64,000 nt of DNA from Clostridia bacterium (GTDB lineage: Bacteria > Bacillota > Clostridia > JAAYHZ01). Positions within the stretch are counted from its first letter, which is position 1. Each line of letters opens with the position of its first letter. Below are positions 58,227 through 64,000 of the stretch, one piece after another. The notes beneath the pieces are model-generated. The model saw only the letters and a list, made by a program, of their open reading frames with translations. It ran no database searches and had not been told where the DNA came from. The position numbers were made by a program, and so were the translations under genes. Where the stretch lies: positions 128,001 to 192,000 of the forward strand of contig JBMNIH010000003.1 of NCBI GenBank assembly GCA_050950825.1. The letters run 5' to 3'.

Positions 58227-59600
58227 GTGTTGATTCGATTTAACGTAGGGAATTTTCTATCCTTTAAGGACCTCCAAGAATTCTCCATGATCAAAGGAAA
58301 ATCGGAGGATAAACCTCGGCGGCTTCTTCATACGGACAAGCTGGAGCTCTTAAAGTTCGCCGCCGTATTCGGAGCCAATGCATCCGGAAAATCCAATTTG
58401 ATTACCGCTTTTCGCTTCGCCCAAAAGGCCGTGGTGACCGGAGTGCCGAAAAAAGGCCAATCCTTGTATTTTCGACCGGACGAAAGCTATGCCGGAAAAC
58501 CCTCCTATTTCGAATTTGAAATCCTGTTAGGAAACACGGGCTATGCATACGGATTCGAAATTCTATTGGAAAAAAGCGAAATTCTGTCCGAGTGGCTCTT
58601 TCGCTTGGACCCCGAGGGCAGCGATAAGGCGCTTTTTATACGGGACGTAGTAAAAGGCGCTTTTTATACCGACCTTGTCATTGCCTCCGAAAATTTACGC
58701 AATAAATTCAACGTCTATTCCGACGATTGCAAGCAAAATTCCGAAATCCTGTTTTTAAGCGAAATGAACCGAGCCAAGGGAGAGTTGTATAAAGAGCCTT
58801 CCGAGCTCTCCGTATTCCGGGAAGTATACCGATGGTTTTCGGAAAGCTTGAGCATTAATTATCTTAACCGTCCCATATCCGACTTCTCCTATTTCAAAGA
58901 CGTGGAAAACAAAGAAGAAGTATGCCGCGTCATTCGAAGCTTAGGTACCGGAATCACCGGCTTTGAAGAAAAAGAGTCCTCCCTTTTGGAAATGCGGCAG
59001 CAGCTCCCGAAAGCCCTTTACAAAGAGCTGGAGGAAGAGCTGGACCAAAGGATCGCCGACAGAGCAAGAGGCAAAAAGGTTTCCTCATCCATGACGGTTC
59101 GAATCGACGACATGTATTACATCATCTCCTTGGAGGAGGAGCAAATCAAGGTATCCACCGTTGTCTTTCATCACGAAGGAGACGCTTTGTTCGAGTTCCA
59201 CGAAGAATCGGAGGGTACAAGAAGGATATTGGACCTTTTGGAAATCTTCTTTACAAAAGAAGACAAAGTCTATGTTATCGACGAAATCGACCGAAGCCTT
59301 CATCCGAGGTTGACGTACAAATTCATCCAAGAATTTTTAAACGCGGCTTTGAAAAGGAACATACAATTGATTATCACCACCCACGAGTCCAGGCTATTGG
59401 ACTTGGGCCTGCTGCGCCAAGACGAAATATGGATTGCCAACAAAAACACGGCGGGAGAAACGGAGCTTTATTCCTTGGACGAATACAACCTGCGGTTTGA
59501 CAAAAAGGTGGACAAGGCCTATTTGGAAGGCCGATACGGAGGAATACCGAATTTTTCAACCGTCTTTCCCGCAAAGGAGGACAATCATGAGGATTCCTAA
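58227..59600 (+). CDS. AAA_15/AAA_21-type ABC-like ATPase (RloA/AbiLi-like)
   Basis: NFLSF, Walker A GANASGKS, ESEGT, Walker B IDEIDRSLHP, TTH, YLEGRYGGIP. Confidence 0.9.
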   Translation: MLIRFNVGNFLSFKDLQEFSMIKGKSEDKPRRLLHTDKLELLKFAAVFGANASGKSNLITAFRFAQKAVVTGVPKKGQSLYFRPDESYAGKPSYFEFEILLGNTGYAYGFEILLEKSEILSEWLFRLDPEGSDKALFIRDVVKGAFYTDLVIASENLRNKFNVYSDDCKQNSEILFLSEMNRAKGELYKEPSELSVFREVYRWFSESLSINYLNRPISDFSYFKDVENKEEVCRVIRSLGTGITGFEEKESSLLEMRQQLPKALYKELEEELDQRIADRARGKKVSSSMTVRIDDMYYIISLEEEQIKVSTVVFHHEGDALFEFHEESEGTRRILDLLEIFFTKEDKVYVIDEIDRSLHPRLTYKFIQEFLNAALKRNIQLIITTHESRLLDLGLLRQDEIWIANKNTAGETELYSLDEYNLRFDKKVDKAYLEGRYGGIPNFSTVFPAKEDNHEDS

Positions 59601-60525
59601 GAAATTCGGCGAAAGAACTCCTTACTTTAAAAAGCCGCAAAAGGAAAAAAGAAAATACATTCTCGCCTACGAAGGGCAGGCTACGGAAGTGCAGTATTTT
59701 CAAGGACTCATTGATAACAGAGCTTCTATCGGCATCGATCCGATCATTGATCTTTTGCCGGTTTTAAGAAGCATTCCTCAAGAATCCCATAGCCATCCGA
59801 AAAAAATACTAAAGCTTTTGGAGGAGCATATCGAAAACTACGATACCGTAAAGGTTCTCATCGACAAAATGATCGATTATTTTATCGAAAACCAATTGAC
59901 GGACCAAGCGGACATGCCTTCCATGAAATCCTTGGCGTACGAAATGGAATGTTTTTTAAAAGAAAATTTTAATCTGTCATTGGAGGATAAAATCGAAGAT
60001 GTTCATACGGTTATATCGGAGCTGACGGGCTTTTTGTTAAAAAAGCCGGCATTGACCGCATTAATCGAAAAAATCGCGGACTATATCGAAGAGCAGCAAA
60101 TCCTATATTCGGAGGATCAAGATTACATATGCCTTATTATCGACAGGGACAAAGGGAGCATGAAGCCGGATCAATATATGCAGGTTATCGAAAAATGCAA
60201 AGAAAAGAAAATCCGTTTGTTTGTCACGAATCCGTCCTTTGAGTTTTGGCTTTTGCTCCATTCGGATAAGGTTTTCGATTACGACCCCGACGAGCTTTTG
60301 GAAAACAAAAAAATCGGCAGAAAGCGTTTCTTGGAAAAGGCGGTATCCGAGGTTTTCAACGGATACAAAAAAGGGAACATACAACCGGAACGGTTTTTGC
60401 CTTACATTCGTAAAGCCATTGCCAACGAGAAAAATTTCTGCCAAGACCTTTACGGTTTAAAGGACCGGCTAGGGTCCAACATCGGAACGCTTTTGGAGGA
60501 ATTCATCGATCCGAAAGACGCATAA
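59587..60525 (+). CDS. RloB-like TOPRIM-fold protein with internal insertion
   Basis: YEGQATEVQYF, IIDRD, TNPSFEFWLLLH; start MRIPKK behind AAGGAGG, overlapping the ATPase stop. Confidence 0.85.
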   Translation: MRIPKKFGERTPYFKKPQKEKRKYILAYEGQATEVQYFQGLIDNRASIGIDPIIDLLPVLRSIPQESHSHPKKILKLLEEHIENYDTVKVLIDKMIDYFIENQLTDQADMPSMKSLAYEMECFLKENFNLSLEDKIEDVHTVISELTGFLLKKPALTALIEKIADYIEEQQILYSEDQDYICLIIDRDKGSMKPDQYMQVIEKCKEKKIRLFVTNPSFEFWLLLHSDKVFDYDPDELLENKKIGRKRFLEKAVSEVFNGYKKGNIQPERFLPYIRKAIANEKNFCQDLYGLKDRLGSNIGTLLEEFIDPKDA

Positions 60526-60545
60526 AAAAGTCGAACGGCAAAAAC

Positions 60546-60582
60546 AAGGCGGCTTCTTTCATACTTACATAGAAGCCGCCTT
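60546..60582. terminator. Terminator between convergent RloB and GDSL genes
   Basis: AAGGCGGCTTCT...AGAAGCCGCCTT. Confidence 0.7.
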
Positions 60583-60601
60583 ACGATGTGTCACCGAAAT
60601 G

Positions 60602-61252
60602 TTAGCCTTTCCACAAACCTAACGCTTTCATCCATTCTATGGCGATAAAAGCATGGCCTTTTTGGGTGGGATGGACACCGTCTTCGGACCAAACCCGAGG
60701 ATTCGATTTTGCCGCCGCGGAAGCAAGCAGCCCGTCCAAAGGAATCAAGACGGCCTTGTATTCCATAGCCAGGTTTCTCACCGCTTGGATTTTCGGATCC
60801 AAATCCGTCCGCCATTGCTTACGGTCTTCGGGATAGGGTAAAACAAAGGGTTCCATGAGAATGAGGCGAGCATTCGTTTCGGTCTTTGTTCTTTCTAACA
60901 AAGAGCGATAATTGCTTTCAAATTCTTCTACGGTCATGGGATCGTTGGAATCGTATCTTCTCCAGGTATCGTTGATGCCGATGAGAATGGACACCCAATC
61001 CGGATTCAAATCGATACAATCCTCCTTCCACCGCTTCATTAAGTCTCGCGTACGGTTTCCGCTGATGCCCCGGTTGATGAAGGTAATATCCTTCTCGGGA
61101 TACATGGCCTTCACAAAGGAAGCGATAAACATGGGGTATCCTGCACCCAAGTCCTTCGAATTCGCCGAACGGCTGCGCCCGCAGTCCGTAACGCTGTCTC
61201 CGATAAACAAAACCTTTTCGCCGTCTTTAATCCATGGTATCGTCATATACAT
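60602..61252 (-). CDS. SGNH/GDSL hydrolase (acetylesterase-like)
   Basis: FIGDSVT, NRGISG, IGIND, DGVHP. Confidence 0.93.
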   Translation of the reverse strand: MYMTIPWIKDGEKVLFIGDSVTDCGRSRSANSKDLGAGYPMFIASFVKAMYPEKDITFINRGISGNRTRDLMKRWKEDCIDLNPDWVSILIGINDTWRRYDSNDPMTVEEFESNYRSLLERTKTETNARLILMEPFVLPYPEDRKQWRTDLDPKIQAVRNLAMEYKAVLIPLDGLLASAAAKSNPRVWSEDGVHPTQKGHAFIAIEWMKALGLWKG

Positions 61253-61306
61253 ACTCCTTTCAAAGTATCCTTACGGAAATGAATGAAAAATCATATTGTA
61301 ACGTCT

Positions 61307-61801
61307 TTACTTGATCCTCACGGGCTTTTTCGAAAGATCCACGTGGCAGTATCCCCCGGGATTTTTCTTTAAATACTTTTGGTGATACTCTTCCGCGGGA
61401 TAAAAATGCTCTAAGGGCTTCACCTCGGTAACAAGAGGCTTGTCGTAACGCTTCTGTTGAAGCTCCATCATGCTTAGAATCACGGGAAGATCCTTATCAT
61501 CGGCGTAGTAAACACCGGTTCGATATTGGGTACCGACGTCGGGACCCTGTCTGTTTAAAATCGTAGGGTCAATAATGGTAAAATAGTACTCCAAAAGCTC
61601 AAACAGACCGATTTTATCGGCATCGTATTTAACGTATACCGTTTCCACATGGCCGGTGTTTTTCAATTCCCTGTAGGTAGGATTCGTTGTTTTGCCGTTG
61701 GCATACCCCACCGTCGTTTCCAATACGCCCTCGATTTTCTCAAAATAGGCTTCAACGCCCCAAAAACAGCCGCCTGCAAGCCATATTTCTTTTACATTCA
61801 T
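61307..61801 (-). CDS. msrA: Peptide-methionine (S)-S-oxide reductase
   Basis: [25 protein letters not shown]. Confidence 0.96.
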   Translation of the reverse strand: MNVKEIWLAGGCFWGVEAYFEKIEGVLETTVGYANGKTTNPTYRELKNTGHVETVYVKYDADKIGLFELLEYYFTIIDPTILNRQGPDVGTQYRTGVYYADDKDLPVILSMMELQQKRYDKPLVTEVKPLEHFYPAEEYHQKYLKKNPGGYCHVDLSKKPVRIK

Positions 61802-62088
61802 AACAGCCTCCGTATAGCTTTCGCAATTGTCGATTTTCTTTAAAAATCACCGTTTGTAACCTGTACATTCTTCGGATATACTCGAATAGTACACAACAAA
61901 ATTATACCAAACGAGATTCGAAATGATAATATAATAAATATCGGATACCGTCATTCTTATACAATTGTTCATACTTTGAATAGCAAATTGTAAGGTTTAC
62001 CTTGTAACTCTTTGCCTTTTAATGTATAATGCATCCATAGTAGTAAGCATGGTACCAAATTACTTTTAGAAATACAAAAGGTTTGCTT

Positions 62089-64000
62089 ATGAGTGTTCAG
62101 CTGGCAATAATAACATTCTATATGTTTTTTTCTATCGTAATGTTGATATCTTCTACCGCTTTCTTAATACAGAAAAGAAGGTATGGGATATCGGGTTTTT
62201 TTGTATTGCTGGCTGTTTGCATTCTGTTTTATCTTTTCGGGTACGTAATGGAGTTAAATAGCAACTCCTTGGAAAAAGCCCTCTTTTGGCATCGGTTTCA
62301 GTACATAGGATTCCCCTTTGTCTCCGTCATTTGGCTGTTTTTTACCTTTCAATACATGAATAAGTTCGTATTATTAAACAAATGGAGCAAGCTGGCCTTG
62401 CTATTACTCCCCGTAGGCACCTTTGTCCTCCGACACACCAACCGCTACCACGGTTTGCTGTATTCGGGGTTTAGCTTCATTCAAAAAGGTCCTTTTTTCA
62501 TTTTGGTTTTGGAACGAGGTCCGTTGTATTTTATTCAAATCATCTATAATTCCTTGTATTTCGTTTTAATCTACATCCTATTATTACTCGGTTGGATTCA
62601 AGGAGATAAAGATCAAAAAAGATCTTTGTTTTTTATAGGGCTTTTATCCTTCTTTCCGATTATGGGGTTGTTCTTAAACTATTATTTTTCACCGAAAACC
62701 GGCTTGGATTATACCGCCCTTTTAATACCCATATCCATTTTCTTGTTCGTTCTTCCGATTAACAAAATCTTGAGCACGGGCAATTCTTCGAGTGAGCCGG
62801 TGACCCAATTGCTGGAGATGATTCGGCGAGTAGCCTACCGTAAGGCTTTACAAAGAGCCTTAATTTTCAGCCTGCAAACCGGATGCGATCATGCGGAGCC
62901 CACCTTTTTCCAAGACGCGGTCCAATATTTGTCACAAGAGACGGACATGGATTACGTGGCTCTCCATCGAATCGATGATCCGTATACCTGCGTTCCCCTT
63001 GCCTGTATCTACAAAGGGAAAATCACAAACAAGACGAACGTTCCGGGTTTTCGAAGAGTTCTTGAACGCCAGCGTTCCTCCGACACCCTCTTGTACTACC
63101 GCCGAAACGTACAAAAGATTTTCCCGTACAGCTCCCTTTTAAAGGAAATCAAAGCGCAATGCATGATTCAAATTCCCCTTTTCAATGCCGACGAAACTCC
63201 CATCGCCATTGTTACGTACATAGGCCGCTCACCTACGGCCAGCAGCAAAATGGTTCATATGATTACCAAAATTATCGGCAACCGCATTGTTTCGGAAATC
63301 GCCCGAATCAAAGCCGACCAAATCATACAGGAAAGCGAAGAAAAATACCGTCTTCTCGTAACCAAGATGAACCAAGGGTTAGCGGTTTTCAAAGAAATCA
63401 AGGAAAACCAATATTACCGCTTGGAAGTTATGGATGTGAATCCCGGGTTTGAAAAGCTCATTAATTTATCGAAAAACCAAATCGTCGGGAAGGATTTTTT
63501 CGAGATATTCCCGGACATTAAGCCCCTCCTGATGGATGCCTTTGAAAAAAAATCGCTGCGGCTAGAGGTGTATTATAAAGCATGCGACAAATACATCGAC
63601 GTTTTATTTTACTCCCCGAAAGCCGGCCAAATCGCCGCCATCTGTTCCGATATTACCGATCGTAAAAAAAGAGAAGCGGAAATCATCTATACAAGCAACC
63701 ATGACCTGGTCACCGGTTTGTACAACCGCAACTACTTCGAAAAAATAAAAAGCGAATTGAAAAAGCCGGAAAACCTGCCCCTCTCTTTGATCGTCGGCGA
63801 TATTGACGGACTGAAGCTTACCAACGATATCTTCGGTCATGACGAAGGAGACCGATTATTGATTGAATCCTCCCGCATCCTTCTGAGCCACTCGAAGCCC
63901 CAAGACATTGTAGCGCGAATCGGCGGAGACGAGTTTATCATCGTTCTTTTTAACACCGGTTACGAAGAAGCGAAAGAAATCTGCAACCGCATTTACGGCG
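62089..64000 (+). CDS. Membrane diguanylate cyclase (HisKA_7TM-like N-terminus, GAF/PAS-like, GGDEF), truncated by window end
   Basis: Absent from the ORF track because it has no stop in the window; ATG 62089 MSVQLAIITFY...YLFGYVMEL...FQYIG; same frame reaches HDLVTGLYNR, DIDGLK, RIGGDEF. Confidence 0.85.
   Translation, partial: MSVQLAIITFYMFFSIVMLISSTAFLIQKRRYGISGFFVLLAVCILFYLFGYVMELNSNSLEKALFWHRFQYIGFPFVSVIWLFFTFQYMNKFVLLNKWSKLALLLLPVGTFVLRHTNRYHGLLYSGFSFIQKGPFFILVLERGPLYFIQIIYNSLYFVLIYILLLLGWIQGDKDQKRSLFFIGLLSFFPIMGLFLNYYFSPKTGLDYTALLIPISIFLFVLPINKILSTGNSSSEPVTQLLEMIRRVAYRKALQRALIFSLQTGCDHAEPTFFQDAVQYLSQETDMDYVALHRIDDPYTCVPLACIYKGKITNKTNVPGFRRVLERQRSSDTLLYYRRNVQKIFPYSSLLKEIKAQCMIQIPLFNADETPIAIVTYIGRSPTASSKMVHMITKIIGNRIVSEIARIKADQIIQESEEKYRLLVTKMNQGLAVFKEIKENQYYRLEVMDVNPGFEKLINLSKNQIVGKDFFEIFPDIKPLLMDAFEKKSLRLEVYYKACDKYIDVLFYSPKAGQIAAICSDITDRKKREAEIIYTSNHDLVTGLYNRNYFEKIKSELKKPENLPLSLIVGDIDGLKLTNDIFGHDEGDRLLIESSRILLSHSKPQDIVARIGGDEFIIVLFNTGYEEAKEICNRIYG

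Noticed and set aside
59434-59586. N-terminal 51 aa of the RloB ORF call
   Set aside because: Overlaps the ATPase coding region; the strong RBS points to ATG 59587
1-64000. CRISPR array, tRNA/rRNA, transposase or integrase
   Set aside because: No regularly spaced repeats, RNA gene signatures or mobility ORFs seen on reading; a computational scan would be needed to exclude short elements

Overview
Chromosomal window from a spore-forming, flagellated Clostridia-like Firmicute; nearly all genes are on the minus strand. 1-12.1 kb is a flagellar basal-body/hook/stator operon (cheY-flgBC-fliEFGHIJ-ylxF-fliK-flgDE-flbD-motAB-fliL). 12.2-24.5 kb is a motility-control island: two paralogous XRE regulators with identical recognition helices, a cheA-cheW-MCP-cheR-cheB operon, two HD-GYP phosphodiesterases, an orphan BY-kinase behind a structured leader, a TetR regulator and a GGDEF cyclase, with three clear sigma-28 promoters. 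The rest holds two large heparinase II/III-like proteins, hcp with its HcpR regulator, a polysaccharide deacetylase, tandem lipoprotein serpins with matching ECF-sigma promoters, a group B-like [FeFe]-hydrogenase, tgl and a germinant-receptor operon, an AraC/oxidoreductase sugar cluster, a BceRS-BceAB-type module, an AAA-ATPase/RloB putative defence pair, msrA and a truncated 7TM-GGDEF gene. No rRNA, tRNA, CRISPR array or transposase was recognised. The best candidate for an undescribed system is the XRE-pair/operator/c-di-GMP/TetR-leader motility switch. All calls come from reading motifs by eye; no database search was run.
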